This document shows, piece after piece, positions 1-12,800 of a stretch of DNA of 64,000 nt. The DNA is from Schizochytrium sp. TIO01 (taxonomy: Eukaryota; Protista; Bigyra: Labyrinthulomycetes), in assembly GCA_004764695.1 (NCBI GenBank), contig SMSO01000035.1, positions 2,418,001-2,482,000 of the forward strand, given 5' to 3'. Positions within the stretch are counted from its first letter, which is position 1, and each line of letters opens with the position of its first letter. The translations under genes were made by a program, and so were the position numbers. Under the pieces are notes generated by a model. The model had not been told where the DNA came from. It saw only the letters and a list, made by a program, of their open reading frames with translations, and did no database searches.

Positions 1-823
1 TATTGTGCCAATTAGTGATTGCTTTGGCTAGCGTTTTAACCCAAGTTTTAATTGAAAGTTGTAAAGTGATGATCTCTGACTAGTGAGAGTGCTGTCATGC
101 TGCTGGAGCTACTCAGCGGCTGCTCAGACCGATGGCGAGCATTTACTGAGCAGGTACCTAGGAATGACTCTTCGCGACAAAGTGATGAAAGGGTAACACC
201 TTAAATTGGGAAAGCGGCATCTTGTTAACCTTGTTAATGACGTAGGCAGCCATTCATGAGTTCTGATTTCACAGACGAAAGCTCTTCGAGTGTTGCCTGG
301 GAGAATGTACAAAGCCTACGGCGCTGCACGAGTGAAGGACCAATGACGTCATATTGATACAGCATTTGATTCTAATTTTACAACTTGAAGATAACAGGAA
401 ACAGGCAGAAGCAGACATGGAAGCATATATCCGAGGCACAGGAAGCAGTTTCTCCTCTCAAGTCCTTACGCAAGAGTCTGCGCTCACAGAATTTTAAACT
501 TATGCTATTTGGCTTCGGCGTTTCCTTGGCGAATTCCTTGGACGCCTTATTTTCGCTCCTGAAACTATTCATCGTACCATCCAATAGAATTGTTAATCGG
601 ATAATCGTCACCATCACTATTAAATCACAAAAGTCCAATCTAAATGAGCGAGGAAATGTTGTCGTCATACGCACTTCTTGCGCATTCTGTTCCTTAAAAC
701 TTTGAACAAACATCAGTGGTCCATCACCGCTTGTGCCTACGTACCTACGCAAAACTTCACGGCAGGTAAGTCAGTCTGTCTTAATTTGCATCACTCATTC
801 CCTCCAATCGATCTAGACCAGCT

Positions 824-852
824 AGCCAGCCAGCCAGCCAGCCAGCCAGCCA
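824..852. repeat. (AGCC)n microsatellite, about 7 copies
   Basis: Read directly from the sequence. Confidence 0.9.
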
Positions 853-2890
853 ACCAGGCGAATCAAATGAGATAACTATACCTCGTCTTGAGCACCACCC
901 AAAAGATTCACGACCTGAAACTGTGGTGGGCAAACCAAGGAAAGCACAGTCGAGCAAAGCATCGCTTGATGATGCAGTCGGTTCCTGGTAGCTATAGTCA
1001 GTAGTAGGCACCTGGTACCTACTACTTTCTCTCTAGAGAGACGCTCACAGGAATCGAATGAGTGGTCTCAGACTCGTCTTTGGACGTAGAATCGCTCTCA
1101 CGACGTACCGTGTCATACTTCTCTAAAACTTGGACGAAACTCAAGTCAACACATATCATAAGGTAGTATAGAAAAGCGACAGTAATACTACTGCCCGCGC
1201 AAGTAGCGAGTGATTGTTTTGGCTTGAGTTTTGACCCAACTTGCAGAAAGGTTTTAAACTAATACCTCGACTAATGGGAGTGCTGCTGCGAGTGCCTCTC
1301 TTACCAGCCCTATAAACCCTTCCTTTTACAAACTCAAGTAAAAAAACATAGTACGTATAGGTACAAGAAGTATTGATAATGCATGTGCCAGTCAGTGATA
1401 GTTTTAGCGTACATAACACTGACTCTTCAGTCGGACACTAAGCACCTACTAGCGATCGTCTTCGAGTGGCTTGTTCGGACTAATCTGCGACGTTGGCGGC
1501 GGAGTCGTTGTCATTCGGCGACTATCGAAGAAGCCCGCCGGTCACGCACGTAACTGTCATAATTCTAAGCAGACCTAAGGTTCGTGCAGTAATCACCCTC
1601 AAAAAAACAAAAAAACAAGGCCACATGTGACTAAGCGGCTACCTACCTAGTAGTGCTTGCTTGCTTTCATGCCTCAAGCCTGGTCATGAATGGGCCGAGT
1701 AATAAGTGCGATAGCATGGACTGACCGGTAATTGCTCATACGTAGAGTTTTGTGAAGCAAAATAAGGAATGGACCATGATCCTCTGCTACTATTTTGGGT
1801 GCTACTAGCTACTAGCTAGCACGGTTAATTCTCCATATCTAATCAGTAGTCAACCGCGACTCCTCATGGTCCTGTTGAGAAACCCGCTTTTCAGGCTCTC
1901 CAAAGAACTCCAGGGAACACACATGCGCGGACTAAGGCCAGCGCCTTCGTTGCGGGGTTTTATCTTATAATGCTGTGCTTGAGGCTGGAGTTGATACACA
2001 TGAAGGGCTTTGGCAACTTGCAGAGGCCACTCAAAGCTGCCAGGCTGTTCTTTTAGTCATAAATTTGTAGCACCAAATGGCCATTGGAGTGGCCAGCCGT
2101 AATAAAAGCCTCTATCTCAAATTCTTGACAGCCTCGGCTCGTAGGTACCTAGCAGCTAGAAACCCAGCACCGACTACTCACTTGAGGTTCCCACATACTA
2201 TCAAAGCCAAAGAATCCTATCTTATGAGCACCTCAATTCCCGTGTGCTTTCCATCAAATAACTGTTGAGTGATCATGGCCGAAATGCTTTCTTCTCTTCA
2301 TCGCAGTTTTCTTTCCTCTACCTCCTATACTGAACACAGATGGAGAAAAGTGCGAACGATGGTTGGCTGGGACAGCCTCTGCATTTGATACGCGAGACTT
2401 TTCCCGAGATAAGCCAGTGGGCCCACGAGAGCTCTGATGTACAGTCGTGGCTTATGCAGCCCACTGCGATCATATCTTAGCATGAAGGTCTCATCGCGAG
2501 CGAGTGGCGCGAGGATTGGCCTTCTTCGTACCACTTGTCATCCATTATTCCCATGCCCTCACTTCTCATATTTTCTTTTCTATTTCTCCACGTATAAAGC
2601 AAAACTGTTAAAAGGTCTTAGCCTCCACCTACGCAATACTCACCATGGAAGGTACTACTACATCGCCCCCATTGCCGCTCAGCGTTGAATACAAGAAAAT
2701 AACGGTGCGATGGTCTTCCATATCAAAGCGTCGCATGCGCAAGTATGTTACTACGAGTAACTGCAAGTTTCCGTTAACCGCGGGAGAGGGGGATATTCTC
2801 GTATGAGATTGTGCGGGACAATTTGTAATGTATTGGTTGTCTGAGTGTATGTATAGTATGAGAGAATATTGTTTTTCTTTTTTGGTTGAG

Positions 2891-2933
2891 GAATGAGTGA
2901 GTGAGTGAATGAATGAATGAATGAATGAATGAA
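2891..2933. repeat. Compound (GAGT)/(GAAT)n microsatellite just upstream of the SCaMC gene
   Basis: Read directly from the sequence. Confidence 0.9.
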
Positions 2934-3058
2934 CTTGGAGAAGGCCTGTGAAGAACAGCGCGACAAATCGATAGGTACCTACCTACCTTCCTACCTCCCT
3001 TCTGGTTGCAGAGACTTTGGGATTGGTTTTAGGCGCGGCCAGAGCGTGCGGGTTGGAC

Positions 3059-5291
3059 ATGGCGGACCTGAGCAGGGTCCCGTCCGCGAAGGCGGTGCCT
3101 CTTGGGTCATTGGCGCCTGCACTCTCGCTGGTGCCACAAGAAGCACTCTTTTGCGGAGACGCTGCTGCCAGAGGTACAGTGCTTCTGGCGCACTCGTATG
3201 CAGCAGATATGGACGAAGCCGAGGTTGATGCGGAGATGACTGAGGCTGAGCTGGTCAAGCTTTTTCAGAGGCTCGACAGAGATCACGACGGTAGGTTACT
3301 TTTCTCCTGATAGTGGCGGGACCGTGCTCGCTGAGATTATGATGATTTTATACCCATAGCCTTGGGGTCATAACCATCTCACGGTGCTGGTTATCCAAAG
3401 ACCATTCTGTCAAGCCAAAAGACAGCATGCGAAAGTGATAGCACAAAGTGAAGGATTGATTTATGGTGAGCGTAGTGCTTTACGGAAAGGGAGACTAACT
3501 GTATGCAGTGATGCTGTCTGCTCGCAATAATTGCACTTCACTGTGTTATTTTGTTATTGATGTGGGTCCGGGATGTTGTGGATAATCTACTGATGGTTGA
3601 AACAATACATTTGTGTCCTTGTTTGATATAATGCCCATTTGTGTGTTGGGAACGTTAGAGTTCTTGTCAAGGGATGAGGTCGCTGTGGGTTTGGGAGCTC
3701 TTGGCCTGCCTTGCTCGACAGAAATATTGGACGAGATCTTTGTGCGACCTGGTCAAGGTCGAACTAAGCATGTGTAAGTTTAAAGTTATGGGGTGAGCGA
3801 GGTTTTTAGGTGGATCATAAGATACTCAGAATATTTTGAAGCGGCCGGTAGCGGAAGGCGAGGAAACTCTACAGCTACTGCGGTATTTCTTATGCAAATA
3901 GTCTCCTTTGTCACGGCATACAAACTTGTCTCTCTTTCGTTTGAGCAAGTTTTAAACCTACTCTGTTGGTCAACTGCTTTGGCTGCTTCTTGTGAGGCGT
4001 CGTCTTTGGCCAACTGTATAGTTCAGCACAGACACAGAAACCTGGCTAACTAACTCTCTTCTCGTTTTGATTGATTACATTGGATTTAATAAACAGGAGC
4101 GCAGCTGAATTTAAGGCCTATGCTGCATATAAAGAGGCAGAACTCCAAGAGGCCTTTGTGTTCATCGATAGAAATCAAGATGGTCATATTGAGCCTGCAG
4201 ATTTGAAAAGTTCCTTGCATCATTTGCATTTGAAAGCATCAGATGATCAAATTGATAAGATCGTGCGGCGCATGAGTCGTGTGCCAACAAGTGATGTGCG
4301 CTTTGGCGAATTTCGGAAGTTTCTACTTCTTCTACCAGGGAGCTCCTTGCGCCATGTATTTGATTCTTGGGCAAAGGACTCCTCCGTTGATCTCGGCCTT
4401 GGTGAGGACTTTGGTGTCCCTGACGAGGTGGAAGGTGGAAAGCCCGCCTATTTGATTAATTTTATTGCTGGCGGTGTCGCTGGTGCAGTTTCAAGAACAC
4501 TGACGGCTCCTCTTGATCGCCTGAAGGTTCTTATGATGACTGGCAATGTTTCGGGCCAAACTGTAGGCCAAGGTTTGCGTTCAATTTACGCGGAAGGTGG
4601 TTTCGTGGCGTTTTACCGTGGCAATGGGTCAAATGTTGTCAAGATCATCCCTGAATCAGCTATGAAGTTTTTCACATACGAGAAACTTAAGAATGAGATT
4701 GCAGAGGATCCAAGTAACATTGCAGTGCACGAACGTTTTCTGGCGGGAGCTGGTGCTGGTATTACAAGTCAGACACTGATTTACCCATTAGAGATTGCAA
4801 AGACGCGATTAGCAGTCGCTGCAAAAGGCGAATACAGAGGTATTTTCCATTGCCTGAACCGCACTATTCGATACGAGGGGCCTCGTGCTCTTTATCGTGG
4901 ACTTGGCGCATCTCTCGCTGGCGTAGCTCCGTACGCTGGTATTGATCTTATGGTTTTTATGACGCTGAAAGAAACATGGATTCGTTCTCACCCACATGAG
5001 GTTGATGGGCCAGGCGCATTAACCTTGCTTTTGTTTGGTGCGACTTCGTCAACAATTGGAGCTACCGTGGCCTACCCCTTGCAGCTCATTCGTACTAAAT
5101 TGCAGGCCCAGGGTATGAATAAAAGCATGCCTGTTGTGTATAACGGCCCGCTTGACTGTTTTCGCAAGACTCTGACGCAGCAGGGACCGCGAGGTCTTTA
5201 CCGTGGCCTGTTTCCCAATTTGCTTAAAACACTTCCAGCTGTAGCAACCTCATACCTGGTCTATGAGGAGACACGGAAGGCTCTCTCATGA
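3059..5291 (+). CDS. Calcium-binding mitochondrial carrier (SCaMC / ATP-Mg:Pi carrier, SLC25A23/24/25 family). Predicted exons 3059-3290, 3659-3741, 3830-3882 and 4097-5291, about 520 aa.
   Basis: The last exon has three SLC25 signature motifs (APLDRLK, YPLEIAK, YPLQLIR) and SCaMC-typical FYRGNGSNVVKIIPESAMKF. EF-hands are DRDHD/EFLSRDE (across intron 1) and DRNQDGHIEPAD. All introns are GT-AG, the phases are compatible, and the total of 1563 nt is divisible by 3. Exon 3 is the least certain part. Confidence 0.93.
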
Positions 5292-6364
5292 CTGACTATC
5301 TAACTCTTTGCTGCTGTTTGTCTGTTCTCTTCTGTTGCGAGGTATATATATACCTTCTCTCTCCAATATGGAACTTTGGCTTTTGCAATAAAAACTTGCA
5401 TAGCTTGCTACTCGGTTATGATTCCATGTCTTAGATCACCTACGTTTCGTCTGTTTCTTTTGTGACTTAGCTGTTCTCTCTAAATCATTGCGGTAGTCTG
5501 GTGATTCTAGAATTGATATACGGTGATTCTTTCTGTGCTCTCGTATAATCCCACGGTATTCTTCATTATCCTGTCTTGTTAGAAAAAATTATAGAAATCA
5601 TGATTTACAACGTACAACGATATGTTCAAACAACTACATTTTAAAATACTGTCATGAATTTAAAACCAAAATACGGCTGTTCTAAAACAGCCCGAATTCT
5701 AGCTAAAGACGGATCACACACTAATTATTCGCATTGACTTTTTAATAACTTTCGAGGTTGATTGTAGTCTTTTTTTAATTTTACAAAAACAATTGCAACT
5801 CTAAAACCGATCATTGCGCAGCGTCGTCATACGCAAGAATATAGAGAATGCATGTACAACATGATTTCAGCTTTCTATCGAAACGGAATAAATACGAAAG
5901 TTTGGATTCAACACCGTCCAAGAGATTTCCAAGAACTTGAGAGTTTGGTTCGTTTCCTGATTTGGATTAACGAGCCAGATTATTCGGGGGATTTCCCCTG
6001 CACCCAATAGTGAGACGCCTCGTTTTTAATAGACTCCACTTCGTTTGATATAGAGAAATTCTGATGTCCCAGTACTTTGTTCCTTGTCGATCTATTGTTG
6101 CATTCACGTGCTTTAAGCAATGATGAAACAGATATGCGGTACGAATATTACACTCAAACATAGAAACGCTATTAGAGTCGACAGCAACGATAGCTCAGTT
6201 CGCTGTAGTAAAGGTAAAGCAGCGATTTTTTTTTTCAAGAACGTGAACGCCGATTCAGGTGTTTCTCTCCCCAAAGATTAAGGTGATTTCATACCATCAT
6301 GAACAAAACCCGAAAGCAAACCCTTTCTTCTTGTGCTCAGTTCTTGGATTGTAGTTTTTGCACG

Positions 6365-7484
6365 ATGTCAATTGATTCGGTTACGGAGGCAGGGCGTGAG
6401 ACTGGTGAGCTTTTTGAGGAGGTTGTGGGTATCTTGGTTGAGAACAAGAACTGCAGCACTATGCCGACTTGGGGTTGCTGCGCGACCCTGATGAGAAAAT
6501 CTCCAGACTCGTCAGGACCAGCATAGCATCGTGCTCCTGTTACTTATCCGATTACGGATATTTTCATTGGCGAGGAGGTGTTTGAAATACTTTGTGATAA
6601 TTTGCTAAAGACTACGAACAAGACCTCTGAAGACCTGGAGGCTATTTCCACGTTTGGACGTCCTCATCTTATCGACAGAGAGTTTCTTCGTATTTGGTTG
6701 GAGCTTTACGACAACTTTGTCGAGTTCTTGTACACTTCCCTTCTAATGCACAGTATTTTCATTTTCTCGCCGACATTGAATGGGCTTCAACTCGAAGTTT
6801 ACTATGCTTATCGAGAAAGCAATGGAATATTGTATAGAGTTGGAACTTGATCGTATTTCCACACCCCTAGTGGTTTTACTTCGCAAAGCACGAGTGAGGA
6901 AGTTCTAAATGCGCCTGTGTTTTGGAGGGCGATTCTTCCTGTGAGATATGTAGGTAAATTATCGAGACGCCGAGTTATCATTTTACTTTATTCTGACAAC
7001 ATTGCAAGTATCGAACCAGCTCAAGTGCCTGTTTCACCAAGTTCCTTGACTGGATGAAAATTTTCATGTAAGGTAATTAAAAAAGGTTTCAAGACATTCT
7101 TTGCTGGTGCTTCTATATTGTTGGACAATTTGAAGTTCTTGATTCTGTAGTTTTTTTTTTTTGTTTTTTTTTTTTTCAGGGGAAATCGACGATATACGAA
7201 ACGAGTGTCAGCAGTGTCAAAGGCTCGAGGTCCACCAACGTTGCTCTCTCCACAAGCTGGGGTGAAACTTTGATTTGGTCATGAGCAGCCTACAACCCGC
7301 CAATTTAAAAACAAACTTATATATACCAGATCGTCTCTTGAAGAAGGCTAAGCAGCGGAAGAATCGCTCAAAACAAAAGAAGGATTCAGAGGGGGAAAAG
7401 GGTGCAAATGCGGCAAGAGTACGAACAAGTGATAGCGACAACTTAGCTGCATTCTTTCTATTTCTGCATTGTCCTAATGAATGA
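6365..7484 (+). pseudogene. Possible decayed protein-coding gene of unknown family
   Basis: ORFs 6299-6526 and 6578-6850 share one frame, which runs to about 7058 with only two internal stops (TAG 6524, TGA 6848). A GTAAGGTAAT donor-like site near 7068 and a T-tract plus CAG acceptor at 7151-7179 precede a further basic ORF fragment. No motif was recognised. Confidence 0.25.
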
Positions 7485-8815
7485 CATATTAAAAAAACAC
7501 ACAGTTAAATGCGAAACATGGCATAAGAACAGATTTCATCGCACACTATTTCTCTGAGAGGCTGAACAAGCACCTGGTATACCAAATTTTTTCTTCAATC
7601 AACACATTTACATTTTAAAAGTAGTCTTACATAGGAAGAAAATTATTGAATCTGATTGCAATAACCACTTCAGTAATGTATTGAGAGATTGGTCGGTATA
7701 CAAAATTTCTATACCTGCTCTTTACATACAATTACATGGCTTCTATTTATTTATTTTCTAAATGCACAACATAGCGAAAAGCAAATGCTGAAACATTGTG
7801 ATATGGCGTAATCATGTAGTGGTAAGCCTATCAAAAACCAAAGTGTTTAAGGTCATACTCGAGTCCCAAACATCACATAACCTTAATCAAAACCAAACCT
7901 ACTGTTTTGAGTAGGGTTTCATAGATGTATGTTTAGAAGCTAGGATTCATTTCGGTTTTAGTTATCTATTGTACTCGTAGGGAAAGAAATATTCCCTTGT
8001 GAATCTACGCCTTGGTCATGCTGTCATCAAATGGTTTTTGCATATGCTTCATATGCTTCGTATGGTTGTTTGTTTCACTATTTCAGCATAGGAGAAATGA
8101 GGTGTGTTCATTGAAATCTTCTTTACTGTCCGATTTGAATTTCTGGGCAGCTCTGGGTACTCTAACCAGTTTTGCTATAGCTGCAAGAAAAGAGCAGACA
8201 ATCATGGATATCTGATCAACAATAGCGATTAGGTGCGCAGCGGTGGAGGGTTAAAGGGAAGGATTTGAGTTCTAAAATATCTAAATCAATTATTTATTCT
8301 CGAGTGGAACTGTTTCGAGCCAGAGTCTTAAAATTCCTCTACATATCTAGAACAAACTGTACTTTTATGGACATGAGCTTAACATTATATGTTGAGATCT
8401 CCAATCGAAGGAACCAGTGGACAAGACATTGCCAGAGTTCTTGGCGTCCCTTTGTGAAACCCTCGTAGATATAGGGTTTACAGTGGAGCAAGAATTGGCA
8501 GCTAGAGACAAGAACAAAAAATACACATTACCTCCATCCAAGTATGGTGTTATTTAAATCGATGATTGAAGAGGTTGAATTAACCCAACCCAATCGATTA
8601 TCTCTAACATCTTTCAAAAATGTCTTAGCATCTTTAATTACTACATGAGTCCATCTGTCCTGGAATTCATTCTCCAGGACAGCAGTTCGCTAACTCTTAA
8701 ATCAACCTTTTGAAAGCCTTCATCATTCCAATCAACCTCTAGCTGACTAGAATCATCTTTCAGTATTATCTAAGAGTCACGCATTGAAGGGACTTGGTAT
8801 TTTCGCATTGCTACT

Positions 8816-9881
8816 CTATTCCTCGGGGAAAGCCTGGAGGTACTTTGCAGTTTTCTTAAATCCTGGAACTCCAGTTCGTATGCAACCATGAGCATGCTCA
8901 ATAATACTTTCGTGAGGGTCACGAAAGCTCATTCCTAGGTCACGTTCTGCCTTTGCATGACTGATAGCTGGCTGATTTTTGCCAACATCCGGGAGGATAG
9001 ACCGAACTTGACTATCAAACAAGGAAGCGATTGCAACAATCGCATATGGCAACTTTTTACTTGGCACATTGTACCCGTATTGAGAAAATTCAGCCTTGAG
9101 GGTTTTTCCCAAGGTCGACAAAGTTAAGTTTCCCAGCTTCGAGAACGTAGCGATTGCCATCGGTGGAAGCGTTTTCCAGCGCTAAACGGTGACCCTGGGC
9201 AACTTCTCGAACATCTACAACATCAACCTCATAATCTGGTATAGCTGGCATCTCATGCATTATGAATCGTCTGATAATACTGTGACTCTGTGCGGGCCCA
9301 TTAGAAAGTGGAGGACCAACGACAAGTGCCGGGTTCACTACAGCCAGCTCAAAGCAACCTGGGTTATCTTCAACAAATTTCCAAGCTGCCTTTTCTGCCA
9401 TTGTTTTGGATCGCAAGTACGGCTCACACTTCTCTTCATCGCTCCAGCATTCCTCTGGGGCAGTTGCTAGTTCCTCGTGAGTGTGGCCGACCATGATTGC
9501 TGCAATAGAGCTTGTCAGGACAACCTTCTTTACTGTTCCAGCCTCTTTTGCAGCACGAAGAACATTGAGTGTCCCTTCAAGGGCAGGCTTGTACAATTTT
9601 TCTTCTGCTTCTGACGGTTTGCATCCCATAAAGAACGGACTTGCGACGTGTGCCACCCACTCACATCCCTGGCAAGCTTCTAGCCAGCCGTTGGCGTCAA
9701 GAAGGTCCGCCTCGACAAGCTCAAGCTTGTCTCCTGCTGCAATCCATGCCTCTAGGTGAGGAGCCTTCTTGTTAAGCGAGCGTACAGTACCTCGCACTCG
9801 GTAGCCATTGTCCAGTAGCTCACGAATCACATGGCTACCGATGTAGCCTGTTGCGCCAGACACCAGTACAAGCTTTGACAT
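8816..9881 (-). CDS. NAD(P)-dependent epimerase/dehydratase (extended SDR; dihydroflavonol-4-reductase / aldehyde-reductase-II / Gre2-like). About 354 aa once a single-base frameshift near 9100-9110 is corrected.
   Basis: Rossmann motif VLVSGATGYIG, GYRVRGTVR, HVASP, VVLTSS and catalytic YLRSK. ORF 9090-9935 supplies the N-terminal part, with likely start MSKLVLV at 9881. ORF 8816-9160 supplies the family-typical C-terminus (KTLKAEFSQYGYNVP...KAERDLGMSFR) in the +1 frame. Confidence 0.9.
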
Positions 9882-12800
9882 GATGAGGGGATCCACAATT
9901 TCGTATTTGCTTTTGATTTTGTTGCACATTTCCACATCTTTGTGTCATATGTAAGGTGTGTACTGCACTCTAAACATACGTCATCATACGCTTCCGATGG
10001 GAAGTACACTGAACACCTATGGGTAAGCTCTATCTCTTCATGGAGGCTAAACATGTAAAGTCCGATGCTCAAGTTGCTGTGGCAAACTATTTGACATGCA
10101 ACATTTGTTGTCTTGAGCAGTGTTGGTGAAATAATAGTAAGTTATGATTTGACAGTAATAGGAGTGGAGATTGTAGTTAACTTCGATGATGTCGATGTCG
10201 CTAGTGACCGTGATTGTAAATTAAGAATAGCCCTATGAGGCCGCCAAACGGGTTATTTGATAGAAAGATCTCTCTTAGATGTCAGCATTTCTGGGGTTTG
10301 CTAAGATGAATAAAGTGGAAGGCGAATATCTCACTTAATAGCCATTTTCCTTGCAAAATTTGATCAAGCTTAAATTTGGGAAATGACATTATGACCATTT
10401 TAAATTAAAAATAATTTAGACATAGCCTTAAGGGTGTTAAGAGGGGAGCTCAGTCTGATTTGTGAGCTTTGCAAAGCGATAATATATGAAGAGCTATACA
10501 AAGCAGTGCTTCAGAATCATATACTTATATTCTGCATCGTAATTAATAAAGAAAAGCACAAAATCATGTATAGTTTACGTATCTAGTTTATGACGAGATA
10601 TTGCTGCTAGGCAATAATCACCCAATATATGACGGTGAACACTTTCAAAAATGTCCTCTTTGATTTGATCTTATTTTAAAATTATTGTCTAGGCTTTTAC
10701 TTTTAAAATAAAGTTCTTGTTGAAGATACAGCAAAATACTTGAATTCTTGCTCAACTAGCTTTAGAATACAAGCAAGCTTGCTGAAGATGAAAACACAAG
10801 TATGAGATCATAATTTAAAAACCTATCGACAATGTTTTTACATTAATACCCCGCAGGCAATTTCATCATTCGATTAGCCCGTGATCGATAGGGAAGTACA
10901 GACATTTGAGTTAGCAAGCGGGTTCAAAGAAGCAACAGTGAGTTGCCAAATCAAATGAAGTAGCTCATATACTTCCTTTGTGAGTAAGAATAGGAAAATT
11001 AAACAGTAGGCATTTAAAAAAATGAAGATGGAAATTTCTTATGGAGGGCGAGGGAAGTATGAAACCGCTGGAGAGAAATCTTAAAAACTTGCAATCAAAC
11101 TTGAGTATCCTTACAGTTTTGAGATTGAGCTTCTATTTCACGAAGGAAATTTGAAGAGACAGTTCAATGTCTTACTGCAAACTTGAGTGTAACAGCATAG
11201 TTTTCCTCTGCAAAATTATTCGGTTGGCACTAATGTCATATATCATACCGGTTTGTACGTACCCCTGGAAGTACACGATCAACAAACTAGCAAGGTGCTT
11301 AAAGAAATAGGGACATTGACGACGCGAGTAAATTTGCAAATGACGTAATGCATTTGGTCGCATTGATCGTCCCAAACAAAAAATTGCAGGTACTTATTGT
11401 GATTTCATAAAAGTCGAATTCAAGTGCGTTCCTATCAATCAGACTTCTATTGACTAGAAGAAATGTGCGTTCGCGCCAGTACCTACCTTACCTCACTCAT
11501 TACGCTCTATAGACACCACGAGTAAGAGTAACGTTTTCGAAGAGATGGGGCCGCAAATCGAATTGATTAGGGCGGGCGATCAAAATGTTATCTCCATCAA
11601 GTTGTCTCCCTATAGCAATGTTCATTAGCCTGCTGGATTCCGATTATTTTTCGTCCAGCAAAGTCATCTTGAAAGGACACGCCTCAGGTTATTGTATCTT
11701 CGAAACGGAAAGTGCCACGTGTCCAAAAGAGCCTGATTGGGAAGTTCTAGCTTTTTCCAAACACTTCAAGAGTTATGTCTTCTTTGAGCTTGTAGCGTCA
11801 AGAACTTTGGAAAGGCGCAGAGTTGAGCGATTGATTTGTACCTAAGTGGTATCAAGAGAAGCCTGAAAGAACTGCAAGATCATTGTATAGTAAGATGCAA
11901 TGTGAAGGTTTGAAAATTATGTTAAAGCCCTTGTAAACTTTTACTTGGTGTGTTGAATACAGTCAAAAGCTTGACTGCACTTGCTATGTGATGGGCATCT
12001 TAAAGATAGAGATAGAGAGAGGCGATCGAAATATATTGATGGCTACAGAAATAATATTATATGAGGAAAATAGAACTGGTCAAATTGAAATGTAGGTACT
12101 TTCTCTGATGGCTGCTCCTGAGAGAAATAAGTGGGTGAGTTTTTAAAAGCTGAGAAATATGGATTCAACTTAGTATTAGTATTACACCTTCCTTCCTTTA
12201 AAAACCACAGTATTTGTATTCTTTTCCAGTTTCGCCTCAAACTTATCGTGAACGAAGCAGCCCGTGTATCGTAACATCTGTTTGATAGTCTTCCCCTTAT
12301 CTTACTCGAGCAATGCAAAAAAGGATTAAAAAACTTGTCGAAAATGAATCATGAATGGGCTGCAAGAAGAATCACTCAAAAAACGCTAGTTACAACAACG
12401 TACGTACTACGTACTGATCTTCGAGTCGTTGACCTGCCAGCGTGGAAAAATAAAAGAAGCAACAAATTGTGGCACGCCACAAAGAAATTAAAAAGGTTCT
12501 TGCTTACACAAAAACTTAAAAAAACACAGAAGGGTGGAAGTATGGGTGGAACTACCTGCAGGCTGACTCTCGATGCGGCGGTGGGAGAACACTGCAAAGA
12601 ACTAATTATGTAGAAAAGACAGGCGAGCACCGAAGCTCGTACATTTCCCGTGTTAATATCAGCCGTTCTCTATTGGGAATGGACACAGTTCTTGCGTTTC
12701 ATGCGGATCTGATCGACAAAAAGGTCATCTCTGCGATTGGTTTTCTTCTTCTGTTAAGACAAGCCGAATCTCGCGCGATTGAACGAGAGGCGTTCTTGCC

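Noticed and set aside
100-760. Protein-like frames at the left edge
   Set aside because: Multiple stops in every frame and no recognisable motif. It may be a relic but cannot be supported.
4071-4096. TTG start of the 406-aa carrier ORF
   Set aside because: This lies in intron 3. The acceptor AACAG at 4092-4096 and the upstream EF-hand exons give the real structure.
9101-9110. Canonical -1 slippery heptamer GGGAAAA
   Set aside because: It is not in the X-XXY-YYZ phase, and the required shift is +1.
9882-9935. N-terminal extension of the SDR ORF from GTG 9935
   Set aside because: Family proteins begin just before the Rossmann strand, so ATG 9881 is preferred, although an in-frame upstream ATG cannot be excluded.
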